DNA of 64,000 bases from Andalucia godoyi And28 (lineage: Eukaryota; Protista; Jakobida). A program made the translations under genes and the position numbers. Where the stretch lies: assembly GCA_009859145.1 (NCBI GenBank), contig VRVR01000046.1, positions 124,001 through 188,000 of the forward strand, read 5' to 3'. Positions 49,014 through 60,572 of this stretch are shown piece after piece (the stretch's first letter is position 1; each line of letters opens with the position of its first letter). The notes beneath the pieces are model-generated. The model was not told the origin of the DNA. It made no database searches and saw only the letters and a list, made by a program, of their open reading frames with translations.

Positions 49014-50105
49014 TCAGTCCACTCTCCAAGTGACGAGAACTTCATCTGTTCGGAAGCGCTGGGTGCAAAAGCAGTCTGACCACTTCAGCTGCAAGTATCC
49101 GCCATTCAAAAATTGCAAGAGTCCAGTGTACGCAATCATTGCGCCGTTATCGATGCAATATCGATCGTCCATTGCACACAACTTGCCTCCTCGCTCCATG
49201 ACCATCTGCTGCATCATTTCTTGCAGCCGCTCATTGCAGCCCACACCGCCTACAATCAGCACTTCTCTTTTCATGCAATGTGCCATTGCACGCTCCGTGA
49301 TTTCCACCAGCATCGAGAACAGCGTTTCTTGAAGCGAATAGCACATCATTTCCTTTGAGTGCTGCATCCCGGAATCAGCAAGACCTTCCATGAACGACAG
49401 GATTCCCGAAAATGACACGTCCATTCCCTTCACGGTGTACGGAATGTCGAGAATCGGAGGATACAGAGCTGCTTCGTCCTGGCTTGTATCCATTCTTCGC
49501 GACTCCCATTCCATAAGATACTTTTTTGCCAGTTGTTCAATGTGGTATCCTGGCGAGGGGTCATTGGATAGTTGCAGGACTCTCGCAAAGCGATCGAGAC
49601 AGTTTCCAATTGCAATGTCAATTGTTTCACCAAAGATGCGATACCTCTTCAACGAGTACGCAATTACCTGGGTATTTCCGCCGCTTACGTAGAGGACGAT
49701 CGGGTCGACTGCTTGTGTCACGAGCCGTCCCATCTCAATATGGGCAACGCAATGATTCACTGGGATCAGCGGAACTCTCCACAGCTGCGCGAGTGTCCGC
49801 GCAACTACCGCCACGGAGCGCAAAGGGTTTCCCATCCCGGGGCCTTTGGTGTAGCAGATACAGTCGAGATCGAAAGGAGAAACTTGAGCAGCCGACAGAG
49901 CTTGCTGGATCAGACTTAGAATAAAGGACCGATGGTGTTCCCCAGTCTCGCGCGGAAGAAACCCAGTCCCCGGCGGAGTGATGTACGTGTGTCGAACATT
50001 TGCAAGAATCTCTCCATCCGACCGGACGATCCCGATTCCAAGCTTGTTAGCAGAACCTTCAAGCCCAAGTGCAATGCGATACACCCCCGCCTTCGCACTA
50101 CTCAT
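49014..50105 (-). CDS. OSGEP: tRNA N6-adenosine threonylcarbamoyltransferase Kae1/OSGEP
   Basis: [73 protein letters not shown]. Confidence 0.97.
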   Translation of the reverse strand: MSSAKAGVYRIALGLEGSANKLGIGIVRSDGEILANVRHTYITPPGTGFLPRETGEHHRSFILSLIQQALSAAQVSPFDLDCICYTKGPGMGNPLRSVAVVARTLAQLWRVPLIPVNHCVAHIEMGRLVTQAVDPIVLYVSGGNTQVIAYSLKRYRIFGETIDIAIGNCLDRFARVLQLSNDPSPGYHIEQLAKKYLMEWESRRMDTSQDEAALYPPILDIPYTVKGMDVSFSGILSFMEGLADSGMQHSKEMMCYSLQETLFSMLVEITERAMAHCMKREVLIVGGVGCNERLQEMMQQMVMERGGKLCAMDDRYCIDNGAMIAYTGLLQFLNGGYLQLKWSDCFCTQRFRTDEVLVTWRVD

Positions 50106-50435
50106 CTCTTTAGTTCTCTCTCGTCCCGTCTTACCTCCCCTGTAAATGAAAACGATCGTCCTGCGTCACTCCACTGTCCAACCCTCCTCCCTCGTCGGTT
50201 CCCAGCATGCAGTTCAGATGGGAAAACCATGCAGATCGACAGCTGTCGAGGCTCACTGTTCTCTGCGTGTTCCAAATGGTTTCAACGTTCCCAAAGTCTC
50301 TGGTAAATGTTAAGTGATAATAATAAAAATAAAAAGTAAGTAAATAAAAACCCAAAACAACGAAGAAGGGATTAAGAATTTTCTTTAATAAAGAGTTTGC
50401 TCATCGAGGTGATCTGTGGGAAATGCGAGTGAACC

Positions 50436-51308
50436 ATGCGGAAATCGTCGACGGGATTTGATCAGAGTTCGTACTCGACTCCGAAGAACAGCAGTAGCAC
50501 CTTAGAACTGCATATGCTGCCTGTTCACAGCCCGCAGAGGAGTGCGGTTGAAGGGAACTCCTCGTCGATGGAGACGCTTGGGCTCCCTGAGGACGTGCTG
50601 AGACTTTTGTTGTCGGTGCGAGCGCAGTCGTTCGAATGCGGCTGTTTGGACTCGACGACATGCACTGCGTTAGCGTATGCACGGCATTGCTCCTCGCTGC
50701 TGGACGCAACGCGATTGGAGACTCTGGCGAACTCGTGTCTGTCTCTTGCGTGCCAGGTTTGTGAAGAGCCGGAATCCGCTGCTCGACTGGCACTGGCTTC
50801 CGTGTCTTCCTCGCTGAATGTTCGTGTTCTTGTGACGCACCTGACGTTCCAGTCTGTCCCGTTGTTGCACCCATCGACCACCGTGCACGCGAGAGCGGCG
50901 TTGCTTGCAGAAGACTCTGGGTTGTGGAAACAGGCTGTCGCTTCGTATTATGCAGCGTCGTCAGGACCAGGAACACTTCGAATTGCTTCTGCAAGTGCTA
51001 CAAGCCCCAATGAAGAGAAGGACGATGTTCGACTCGAGCTGTGGGATTTGTGCACCGATCTGTGCTGCACGACAATTCCCGACTCCTTCTCTCCAGAAAT
51101 TGCTGCTGCTCTTGCCGTCTGCATTGTTGCGAAGAGATATGGACTCTCGGGAGTCGTGGATTGGGCAGCAACGGTTGCAAAGGTAGACCCTGCCACCCTG
51201 CGCCGTGCTTGGAGCACCTACCGCGTTCAGTGTGCGCAACTGTCGCAGCACGTCGAATCTCAGACCTTGCAGTCACAGTCTTCTCTTCCACAGTCGTCGC
51301 AGCCCTAG
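50436..51308 (+). CDS. Divergent cyclin-like protein (transcriptional cyclin type)
   Basis: LANSCLSLACQVCEEP resembles the first cyclin box; LWDLCTDLCCTTIPDSFSPEIAAALAV resembles the second box of cyclin K/L/Q. Start uncertain. Confidence 0.55.
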   Translation: MRKSSTGFDQSSYSTPKNSSSTLELHMLPVHSPQRSAVEGNSSSMETLGLPEDVLRLLLSVRAQSFECGCLDSTTCTALAYARHCSSLLDATRLETLANSCLSLACQVCEEPESAARLALASVSSSLNVRVLVTHLTFQSVPLLHPSTTVHARAALLAEDSGLWKQAVASYYAASSGPGTLRIASASATSPNEEKDDVRLELWDLCTDLCCTTIPDSFSPEIAAALAVCIVAKRYGLSGVVDWAATVAKVDPATLRRAWSTYRVQCAQLSQHVESQTLQSQSSLPQSSQP

Positions 51309-51482
51309 TCGCATAATTCATAGTCTTTACTAGAATGTGAACAACAGGAAAACAAAACCGTTTGCCTGTGACGGAGAAGGAGGAATGGGGGAGAACAGAA
51401 AATGATCCAAAAAAAGAATCATCATCATCATCATCATCATCGAGCATCAGAGGCTTTATTCGAACAGAATCTTCTACACTTC

Positions 51483-52433
51483 CTAGTGATTGGCAGCTGC
51501 ATTCTCTTGGACGCTCCAGTACTTGTTTGCAAGAAGTGCTAATCTCTGTGCAGTCTGCTCGGGAACCTTATCCTTGCTCGTCATGATTGCGAATTTGAGT
51601 GCCGAATGGGCTTCGGACTCTGGGAACCCAGCAACATCAACCATGACCACAAGTTCACGGACGATTTCCTGCGCAAGAGACCCAATGGCCTTCAGATTGC
51701 CCATGACCATGTCGACAGTCACTGCTGCATGGTCCGGGTGCCATCCGTCATAGTCCGTTACGAGAGCCACGATAGCGTACGCCATCTCGGCCTCGCGGGC
51801 AAGCTTCGCCTCTTGGTACGCAGTCATTCCAATCACAGTCCCGCCCATGGCCTTGTACGAAAACGACTCTGCACGAGTGGAAAACGCAGGGCCGTCGATG
51901 CAGACGTATGTGCCGTTTGTATGCAAGCGCGAACCCACCGCGTTGTTCTCCAAAGCGCGACTCGCAGCCTTTTCGACAATTGCCTTGAAACTGTCGCAGA
52001 CGGGATGGGCAAATCCAACGTGCGCAACGCATCCTTCGCCGAAGAACGAGTCTCTTCGGGAGCGCGTGCGGTCAATGAGCTGGTCTACAAGGACAACATC
52101 GCGCGGTCGATTCTCATCCGCAAGAGATCCCACAGCGCTGACAGAAAGCAAATATTCGACACCAAGAAGTTTCAGTGCATAAATGTTGGCGCGAAAGTTA
52201 ATTTCGGAGGGCAAGATCGAATGACTTCTGCCATGACGAGGCAAGAAAGCCACTGAAATGCCCGTGGTGGACAGGTTTCCAATAATGATTCGGTCCGAGG
52301 GAGTGCCAAAGGGAGTCGGAATCGTCAGTTCATGTACGTTTACTAGACCCTCAATCTTGTACACCGAGGTCCCTCCAATGATTCCCAGCCGGATCGGTCC
52401 GCCAAGAGGATTCGGAAACAACAAACCAGACAT
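51483..52433 (-). CDS. MTAP: S-methyl-5'-thioadenosine phosphorylase
   Basis: GIIGGT, TPFGTPSD, FLPRHG, FRANIYAL, SAVGSL, DQLIDRT, GPAFSTRAES, IGMT..EAKLARE, LVTDYD. True start MSGLLFP at 52433; the ORF-track extension runs through microsatellites and the ALG3 5' region. Confidence 0.95.
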   Translation of the reverse strand: MSGLLFPNPLGGPIRLGIIGGTSVYKIEGLVNVHELTIPTPFGTPSDRIIIGNLSTTGISVAFLPRHGRSHSILPSEINFRANIYALKLLGVEYLLSVSAVGSLADENRPRDVVLVDQLIDRTRSRRDSFFGEGCVAHVGFAHPVCDSFKAIVEKAASRALENNAVGSRLHTNGTYVCIDGPAFSTRAESFSYKAMGGTVIGMTAYQEAKLAREAEMAYAIVALVTDYDGWHPDHAAVTVDMVMGNLKAIGSLAQEIVRELVVMVDVAGFPESEAHSALKFAIMTSKDKVPEQTAQRLALLANKYWSVQENAAANH

Positions 52434-52540
52434 CTTTCTTCTTCTTTTTTTCTTCAAATCACTCAATAAGATGCCACACCAGCAACAGCCACAACAAGTA
52501 AAGTGAATAAATAAACCAGAACGGAAAATAAATAAGTAAA

Positions 52541-52554
<14 letters not shown>

Positions 52555-52599
<45 letters not shown>
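52555..52599. repeat. (AAT)n microsatellite
   Basis: Seen directly. Confidence 0.95.
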
Positions 52600-52600
<1 letters not shown>

Positions 52601-52852
52601 TTAAAACTTTAAAAAAAAAGGTGATATAAATAAACCTGCATTTCCCCCATTCTTTCTCTTTTCTTGTTTGATCAAAAAGTGTACGTTTTGCGTTTTGATG
52701 GCGGAGACGGAGAACATGCGCGAAACAGCGAGAAGAACACCGTGGGGCCTGCTGTACTTCGACATGAGTCGCATGAGTCGCAGATCCGGAGGGAAAGGGA
52801 ATCGGAAAAGGAAAGGTTTTGTTTTGGGAAATCGAAAGACGAGACAATACAC

Positions 52853-52965
<113 letters not shown>

Positions 52966-52982
52966 CTTAGTTGAATTTGGAG

Positions 52983-54347
52983 ATGAGGGGCCGGTGGATT
53001 GGGGTTCTTGTGGCGATGGAAGTGCTGTTGAGCGTGATGATCATCCACCGGGTTGCGTATACAGAGATTGACTGGGATGCCTACATGTCTGAAGTGGCGG
53101 GGGTGTTTCGAGACGGCGAGCTGGACTACCGCAATCTCTCGGGGTCCACGGGGCCTTTGGTCTATCCCGCGGGATTTGTGTATCTGTACGGAGTGCTTCG
53201 GTGGTTCACTACCGCAGGCACCGATATTCGAGTAGCCCAATACTGGTTTGCTTTTTTTTACGTGGCGACGGTTGTTACGGTTCTGTTCATCCTGCGGAAA
53301 TGCAACGCACCACCAGTCGTTCTTGTTGCTACGTGTCTTTCACGGCGTGCTCACTCCATCTTCATGCTCCGGTTGTTCAACGATGGCCCGTCCATGCTTT
53401 TGTTTTACATTTCACTGCTCCTTCTCGTGCAATTCCTCTCCTCCTCGTCCTCATCCTCTTCCGCAGCTGCTGCATCTTCTCCATTGAAAGGTTCTGCAAG
53501 GGCGCGCATATCGGAAAAGCTGCTCTTGGCGTCAACGCTTTGCTTCTCACTGGCAGTCTCGATCAAGATGAATGTGCTTTTGTTTGCTCCAGCGTATCTC
53601 TGGGTATGGTTCCTCTATGGCGGATGGCCGTGCATCACACGACACTCCTTCTTGGTGTTCGCTTCTCAAATAGCACTCGGTGCGCCGTTCTTGGCCACCT
53701 ATCCAGCGTCGTACCTCGCGAAAGCATTTGAGTTTTCTCGTGTGTTCCAGTTCAAATGGTCTGTCAACTGGGCGTTTATGCACCCCGCGGCGTTTGCATC
53801 TTCGTCGTTTGCGCTCTTTCTCCTCGGTGCACACATCTTCATGCTTGCGATCTTTTACTACCGTCGATTCCAAGTTACACCGGCCAAGAATTTCTTTCTG
53901 CCATTCTCTGCATTTGCGCCTGCCGCTATGTCCATGCCTCGCTCCACAGACGGTGTTGAGCGACGTCTGTGCAGTCCGTATCACGAAGCACTCCGAGATC
54001 CGCGGTACATTTGCGCAGTGTTCTTCACAGTCAACATAATTGGGGTTGTGTGTGCACGAACGTTGCACTATCAGTTTTACGCGTGGTACGTGCACTCTAT
54101 TCCATTTCTGCTGTGGGTGAGCAGAGGGGGAATCTGGTGGGAAAAAGTGCTGACCGGTTTGCTCATCGAGGTTGTCTGGAATCTATACCCACCTTCGCCA
54201 ATCGCTTCTGCAGTCTTGCTCTCACTGCACTTTAGAATCGTCTTCGGCATGTTTTGGTCTGGCGTTTGGGACCCTGAGTTGTACGCTGCCAAGTCCACAC
54301 AGCGGCGGCGTCCGATCCACAAGCCCGATCCTCGCAAATCCCTGTAA
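52983..54347 (+). CDS. ALG3: Dol-P-Man:Man5GlcNAc2-PP-Dol alpha-1,3-mannosyltransferase
   Basis: VAYTEIDWDAYM, GSTGPLVYPAGF, SRRAHSIFMLRLFNDG, SLAVSIKMNVLLF, AFEFSRVFQFKWSVNW, RTLHYQFYAWY, EVVWNLYP. Confidence 0.96.
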   Translation: MRGRWIGVLVAMEVLLSVMIIHRVAYTEIDWDAYMSEVAGVFRDGELDYRNLSGSTGPLVYPAGFVYLYGVLRWFTTAGTDIRVAQYWFAFFYVATVVTVLFILRKCNAPPVVLVATCLSRRAHSIFMLRLFNDGPSMLLFYISLLLLVQFLSSSSSSSSAAAASSPLKGSARARISEKLLLASTLCFSLAVSIKMNVLLFAPAYLWVWFLYGGWPCITRHSFLVFASQIALGAPFLATYPASYLAKAFEFSRVFQFKWSVNWAFMHPAAFASSSFALFLLGAHIFMLAIFYYRRFQVTPAKNFFLPFSAFAPAAMSMPRSTDGVERRLCSPYHEALRDPRYICAVFFTVNIIGVVCARTLHYQFYAWYVHSIPFLLWVSRGGIWWEKVLTGLLIEVVWNLYPPSPIASAVLLSLHFRIVFGMFWSGVWDPELYAAKSTQRRRPIHKPDPRKSL

Positions 54348-54669
54348 ACGAAAGGCCGTCTTGCCGTGTTGGCTGTCATGTTGGTTGCCAGATATTCTCT
54401 CCGTCTCGATCACTTTCGTCCTTCTTCTGGAGCAGTTGTGCTCCCCCCTTCTCTCCCCATCAGTCGTTTCCACAGCAAGGCGCCTGCTGTAGAACAGAAG
54501 CGCTCCCCCGAAGCAAAGCAAAAGCAACAAAAGGAAACGCGCTTTTCCTTGCTTTTCCGTTCAGCAAGCGACTTTTGGCAAGAACAGGAGGTGGGCAAGG
54601 ACACCAACAGCGCGAGCAACAGGAATACGAGCAGGAAAAGAAAGGGAAAGAAAAACATTAGGAATAGGA

Positions 54670-54921
54670 ATGTCTGCAAGCCGATCATTCTCACTTGTTC
54701 GGTCCACTTTTGGAAATCTTCCAGTGTACACAAAGTACTCGAATGGACGAACGCGGGTCGAGACGATCTTGCGGAAAATCGAGCCTGGAAGCGAAGCCCT
54801 TGCTGCAGAAGCTCTCGTGACGCGTGGGTTCCAAGTCGACAGAGTTGCTCCAGGCCATGTCTATGTCAAGGGAGACAAGGCTGCTGATCTGCGCCGATTC
54901 CTCAAAGAATCTGGATTTTAA
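54670..54921 (+). CDS. MRPL49: Mitochondrial ribosomal protein mL49 (Img2)
   Basis: VRSTFGNLPVY..RVETILRKIE..GHVYVKG..LRRFLKESGF. Confidence 0.85.
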   Translation: MSASRSFSLVRSTFGNLPVYTKYSNGRTRVETILRKIEPGSEALAAEALVTRGFQVDRVAPGHVYVKGDKAADLRRFLKESGF

Positions 54922-55237
54922 ACCGTCTTCTCGTCTTCTCGTCTTCTCGCTCCTTATCCTAGACGTTTTTTTAATCATTTCAGCACTTTCTGCCTTCCTC
55001 CTCTCCTCCTTCAAAAAGACCCATGCAAATCATACGTGTACCGGCATGCTATGCTTGTTTCGAAAGAGGATAATAATTAATAATTAAAAAAATGGTTCTG
55101 TTTTATCATCATATCTTATCTTACATGAATCTTCAGGTGTTCTCCATTCTATTCGCAATTTCCTCTTCTTTTCCAGAGAGCGCAGCCCGTCTCATGGATC
55201 AAAAAAAAAAAAAAAACCACGACCGGCTGAATGCCGA

Positions 55238-55644
55238 TCACGCGGTGTGCGTGTTGGGATCCGCATTGCCGGGGGGCCCGGGTCGAGATCCTCGATGGCG
55301 CTTTGCGTTCTTGGACGGCTCCGCGTTACTTCCATTACCAGACTCTTCAACAGCCGTTCGCGGACGACGAACCTGTTGCTGCTGAGAACGCTGTTCCGGC
55401 AGCTGCTGCGGTTGCTGAGGACGCTGCTCCAATTGTTGGGGACGCTGCTCCAATTGTTGAGGACGCTGTCGTCTCGTATCCTGTTGCTGGTGCGGAGGAT
55501 TCGAATTGGCAGGACGCTGCTGTCGTTGCTGCTGCTGCTGTTGCGGCAGCGCCGAACGATCGTTTTGCTGCTGCGGCTGCCGCGGCTGTGCAGAATACGG
55601 ACGTTCCTGCGGATTGAGCGGCCCCAGCTGCGGACGCTGACGAG

Positions 55645-55675
<31 letters not shown>

Positions 55676-57067
55676 AGGACGATCAAAGTGCTGATTGCGG
55701 TTGCCCTGCTGTCGCTGCGGTCGAGCTTCCGTTTGTTGAGACTGCGGCCGCTCCACATTCTGCTGGCGCTGCTGGTTCATTCGCTGCTGCCGTTCCTGCT
55801 CATACTGTGACATCGGGCGGTCGATTTGCTGTTGCGAGGCGCGCTCCTGTCTAGGATGCGAATGTCTAGGCTGACGAGGCGGTCGCGCATCATCGCTGTC
55901 GACATCTCCCTCCTTGGAAGGAATCGAGACTGGACCAAACTGCGTCTTTGGCACGACGCGACCAAGAAGCTTCTCGATGTCCTTCCACTGCCTCGCTTCA
56001 TCCGCAGTGATGAACGAAACTGCTTCTCCCGTGCATCCAGCACGACCCGTTCGGCCGATTCGGTGAACGTAATCCTCCGGAACATGCGGAATGTCATAAT
56101 TGACAACGTGAGGAAGCAAATCAATGTCAAGTCCACGTGCAGCGAGATCCGTTGCAACGAGAACCGGGATCGCGCCTGTCTTGAAATCCTCAAGAGCTTT
56201 GGTGCGGGCATTCTGGCTCTTGTTTCCATGGAGTGCCGCGGCGGCAATACCGGCCTGGTCCAATTTCTTGGCAAGCTGGTTTGCGCCGTGCTTGGTGCGT
56301 CCAAAGACCAATACTTGTCTCCAGTTCCCTTCCTTGATCAGCTTGATCAAAAGATCCTTCTTGTGCGCCTTGTCGACTGAAAATGCAGTCTGCTTCACGG
56401 TTTCTGCCGCCGAGTTCTTTGGCGTCACATCAATTTGCACTGGATTGTGCAGCATTCCGCTCGCAAGCGCCCGGATTTCGTCCGAAAATGTGGCTGAGAA
56501 CATGAGATTCTGTCGAGCCTGTGGTAGCAGTCGGATAATCTTTTTCAAATCATGGATGAAACCCATGTCCAGCATGCGATCCGCCTCGTCCAGCACAAGA
56601 ATCTCGACGTGCGACAAGTCCACCGTGCCTTGCTGCTGATGGTCCAGCAAGCGTCCCGGAGTTGCGACAAGAATGTCCACCTTTCCTTCCTTCAGCGTGG
56701 CAATCTGAGGTCCGATTCCAACTCCTCCATACACAACACACGATTTGATCGGCATGTGCATTCCATATGTCCGCACACTTTCCTCGATCTGCGCAGCCAG
56801 CTCGCGCGTAGGACCCAGAATCAATGTTCGAATAGGACGCTTTGCAATCCGTGCGCTCTGCTGCATCGTAGCAGCCAGAATCTGCAAAATAGGAAGAGTA
56901 AATGCCGCGGTTTTCCCAGTCCCAGTCTGTGCTCCCGCCATCAAATCATGACGCGCGAGAACCACCGGAATCGCCAATGACTGCACTGCTGTAGGAGTCA
57001 CATACCCCGCTTCGTGGATCGCCTTGAGAAGAGGATCAATAAGACCCAGAGACTTGAAATTCGCCAT
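55238..57067 (-). CDS. Bacterial-type (RhlE-like) DEAD-box RNA helicase with Gln/Arg-rich tail
   Basis: [113 protein letters not shown]. Confidence 0.92.
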
Positions 57068-57728
57068 CCTGGATTTCAGTCAACAAATACAAAACTTTTC
57101 AAAGAAGAAAAAGAAAAAAGAAAAAGAAAGGAGAAAAATAATAATAAATAATAATTAATATATAAGAAATTAAAAAGGAAAAATGAAAGGAAATAAATAA
57201 TAAATGAAATACAAGAATCTTTTTTTTTCGCTCATTGATGACCAAAGTTGAGTTTCTTTGAGTTGATCAAACACTTGAACTTTGAAACAACGAAAGCGAT
57301 TTGATTGGAAACGCCCAAAACCCGACTGTAGTGGTGGATAGTGTAACGGGTTTTTTTTCTTTTGTTTCTCCCCGGACGAGAGATGACGAAAGCAGGACAT
57401 AAACACACTGAGGCGCCAAATTCCGATGAAAAGAGTCGTTGATCCTTTCCCTGTTCACCGGACTTCCCAAATCTCTTAAAATCCCACACACATATATGCG
57501 TATTGTTTCTTATTTACGTCTCCGTCTCTGTTTTTTTTTGTTTTGTTTTGTTTTAAATTCTTAGTTTATTCCACTCAAGGGGTTTTTTTTGTACAGCTCT
57601 AGAAAAAACAAACATACTCGGGATATAGAACAACGTCAAAGAAACGCACTGCAGCGAGCATCGCAGAATTTCAAATACAAGAAGGAGGATCCCATAGTCG
57701 TAGTCTTAATAACAGTGATTATTAGAAG

Positions 57729-59633
57729 ATGTCTCTCATTACTAAAACAGACACTGCTTCGCCACATCCTCCCAGCTCTGCATTCTCCACATCGAAACCG
57801 ACAGTCCAGTCGAATTCGTCCGAAAGTTCAAATTCTTCTTCCTTTTCATCGTCTTCTCATCATGCACCACTACAATCGTCATCGGCGTCATCGGCTGCTG
57901 CTGCTTCTTCGGTGCAGCTCATTGGAGGAAGTGCGCAAAGCGGCGACAGTGCAGAGTCCAATCTTGCCAATGCGAATGCTTCTCAATCGAACAGTAGCAG
58001 CAGTAGCAACAGCAACAACAACAGCAGCAGCAGCAGCAGCAGTAGCAGTAGCAGTAGCAGTAGTAATACTGGGACTGCGATTGGTGGTGGTGGGACTGGG
58101 GGGTCGTCGTTTGATGTGCTGAATCGACGGCCAATGGAGGATCGACCGCTGTACAAGTTGACGGTGAAGTTGATTCATACGTATCGGCAAATCAACGAGA
58201 TGTACTATTCGAAACAACGGCGAAATCAGATGGCGTCTTCGTTGCGGGGTGCGACGACTGTCCGAGTCACGAATGATGGATATGACGATGAAGATGGCAA
58301 CTATATTGTGCATCGGGGTGAAGAGATTCTTTCGAGATACATTGTGACCAAGGTGCTGGGGAAGGGGTCGTTTGGGGTGGTTGTCGAAGCAAGAGACATG
58401 CTGCGGTCAGAGACAGTTGCACTGAAAATCATCCGGAACAGAAGGCAGTTCACTGCCCAGGCCAAGCTCGAGATTCGTCTGCTGCGGTTTGTCAACGAGA
58501 AGGATGCGTTTGACCGGCATTTCATCATTCGACTGAAAAAGTACTTCGAGTGGAGATCGCATCTTTGCCTTGTTTTTGAACTCTGTTCGATGAATCTGTA
58601 CGATCTGCTGCGCCACACCCATTTCCACGGGTTTTCTCTCAATCTCATCAAAAAGTTCTCGTTTCAGATCTTGGACTGTCTCGGATTTCTGGCCCAAGAT
58701 GACATCCGCATCATCCACTGCGACCTGAAACCCGAGAACATCCTGCTCCGGCATCCGCGACGATCAGCCCTCAAAGTCGTGGACTTCGGATCGTCGTGTC
58801 TGGCATCCGAAAGTTTGTACAAATACATCCAGTCTCGATTCTACCGGTCTCCCGAAGTGCTCATGGGTCTTCCGTACGGATGCCCGATTGATATGTGGTC
58901 TCTGGGATGCATTCTCGTCGAATTGCACACCGGCGTGCCCATCTTCGACGGTAGAGACGAGGGCGACCAGCTCCATCGTATTTTTGATGTCCTTGGACCG
59001 CCGCCCAGCGACATGATTGAGCGCTCACGGAACTGGAAGCAGTACTTTGAAAAGACTGCCACGGGAGAATGGAGCCCCATAAACCGCAAGAAGCCAGCTC
59101 GAATTGCCACGGTTCGCGAAATCATCGGTGTCGATTCGCATGGACCGCAAGGAAGAAGAGAAAACGAGGCTGGGCACTCCGTCGCAGACTATGAAATGTT
59201 TCTCGACCTCGTGGCAAGAATGCTTGTCTATGATCCAGCGCAGCGCATCAAGCCTTCTGATGCTTTGCGACATCCCTATCTCGAGTCCATTGCCGAGCAA
59301 ATTGCCGAACACACGGCGGCTGCAGCAGTTGCTTCTTCCTCCGCATCGACCTCCACCACCTCCGCCGCTGCCTCCAACGCATCGAGCGCTCCTGCTTCTA
59401 CTGCGTCCATCGCTCCGACGACTGCCACCACGGGTACTACGAGTAGTTCCTCTGCGAGTACTGCTGCTGGTGCACATGGCCATGCGTCGGCATCTCAAGG
59501 TGCATCGGTTGCAAACTCGGGACGCACGCTTGCGCCCGTCGCACTGCCTACCGATGGTCGGAGCATGAGCAGCGAAAACATCGGTGGCGGTCGGCAAGGC
59601 GATGACGATATTGACATGGTCTCCCCGCAATAA
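57729..59633 (+). CDS. DYRK1: Dual-specificity tyrosine-regulated kinase, DYRK1/minibrain class
   Basis: PLYKLTVKLIHTYRQINEMYY, DH box NDGYDDEDGNY, GKGSFG, IIHCDLKPENIL, DFGSS, activation loop YKYIQSRFYRSPE; poly-Ser N-terminus. Confidence 0.95.
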   Translation: MSLITKTDTASPHPPSSAFSTSKPTVQSNSSESSNSSSFSSSSHHAPLQSSSASSAAAASSVQLIGGSAQSGDSAESNLANANASQSNSSSSSNSNNNSSSSSSSSSSSSSSNTGTAIGGGGTGGSSFDVLNRRPMEDRPLYKLTVKLIHTYRQINEMYYSKQRRNQMASSLRGATTVRVTNDGYDDEDGNYIVHRGEEILSRYIVTKVLGKGSFGVVVEARDMLRSETVALKIIRNRRQFTAQAKLEIRLLRFVNEKDAFDRHFIIRLKKYFEWRSHLCLVFELCSMNLYDLLRHTHFHGFSLNLIKKFSFQILDCLGFLAQDDIRIIHCDLKPENILLRHPRRSALKVVDFGSSCLASESLYKYIQSRFYRSPEVLMGLPYGCPIDMWSLGCILVELHTGVPIFDGRDEGDQLHRIFDVLGPPPSDMIERSRNWKQYFEKTATGEWSPINRKKPARIATVREIIGVDSHGPQGRRENEAGHSVADYEMFLDLVARMLVYDPAQRIKPSDALRHPYLESIAEQIAEHTAAAAVASSSASTSTTSAAASNASSAPASTASIAPTTATTGTTSSSSASTAAGAHGHASASQGASVANSGRTLAPVALPTDGRSMSSENIGGGRQGDDDIDMVSPQ

Positions 59634-59882
59634 TGTCGCTACGATATGCTCAATTATACTAATATTATCCACACCGACGCTCAGCGGTATTTTCCTGCAT
59701 GATGATGGAAGCCTTGCCATTTTACTGGTGCGCTTTCCCCTTCCTGCCAAGTCAAAATTTCTTTTTTTATATAAATAAACAATGTCAAGTATGAACAGCC
59801 GATTAGGCTTCTTGGAAAGGAAATAATGATATATAATCATCCCAGAATCCGTGGTTGTTTACGATTCACTGCTCGCAGCCAA

Positions 59883-60572
59883 TCACTCATCACGATCGTC
59901 ATCGTCGTCGTCGCTTTCCACGGTTCGAGACTTTCGCTTTGCAGGCCTCTCTGCCAAGTCACCGTCATCGTCACCTGATCTTGATCTTTTCGAAGAAGCC
60001 GTGTTCGTGTTCGGGTTTCTGTTCGTGCTTGTGCTCTTGCTCTTGCTCGATGCAGAAGCAGAAGCAGAAGCAGAAGATCGAGAATTGGAGGCAGCGGCAG
60101 TTCCAAACTGTCCAAACGCATCTTCGTCCGAGTCTTCTTCGAACGCCCTGATTTCACGCTCATCCTCCATTTCATCTTCATCACGCGCCGCCGATCTCGA
60201 CCCGCGATTGATCTGCCGAAGCTCGGATTCTGAATACCCTCGAGAATTCGCCGTTGCCGTCCTGCCGCTACCGTTGTTGTGGTTGCTCGAGGACAGAGCT
60301 GGATGAGAGGCAGGAAGACGCGGGTTTGCGTCCTCGAGACGATCGATCCACTCGCAGTACATATCAATAGGCTCCGTAAGCTCGTTGACGGGACACTGGA
60401 ACTCCTCCGAACACTTGCCGCAGCGCACCAACCCCATCTTCCCACGCTCCGTCCGAAGCACCTTGCACGAAACCGTCCGTGTATGCGAACACAACGGACA
60501 GTCAAAAATCGTGTCCAATGGTGGAGGCTTCTTCTTTGGCGGAGGCGCCTTTCGTGACTTTTTTCCACCCAT
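59883..60572 (-). CDS. ELF1: Transcription elongation factor Elf1/ELOF1 with acidic tail
   Basis: MGGKKSRKAPP..LDTIFDCPLCSH..CGKC..F...ELTEPIDMYCEWID. Confidence 0.93.
   Translation of the reverse strand: MGGKKSRKAPPPKKKPPPLDTIFDCPLCSHTRTVSCKVLRTERGKMGLVRCGKCSEEFQCPVNELTEPIDMYCEWIDRLEDANPRLPASHPALSSSNHNNGSGRTATANSRGYSESELRQINRGSRSAARDEDEMEDEREIRAFEEDSDEDAFGQFGTAAASNSRSSASASASASSKSKSTSTNRNPNTNTASSKRSRSGDDDGDLAERPAKRKSRTVESDDDDDDRDE

Noticed and set aside
55231-55617. Ala-rich + strand ORF with DAAPIV repeats
   Set aside because: Antisense reading of the helicase Gln-rich repeats.
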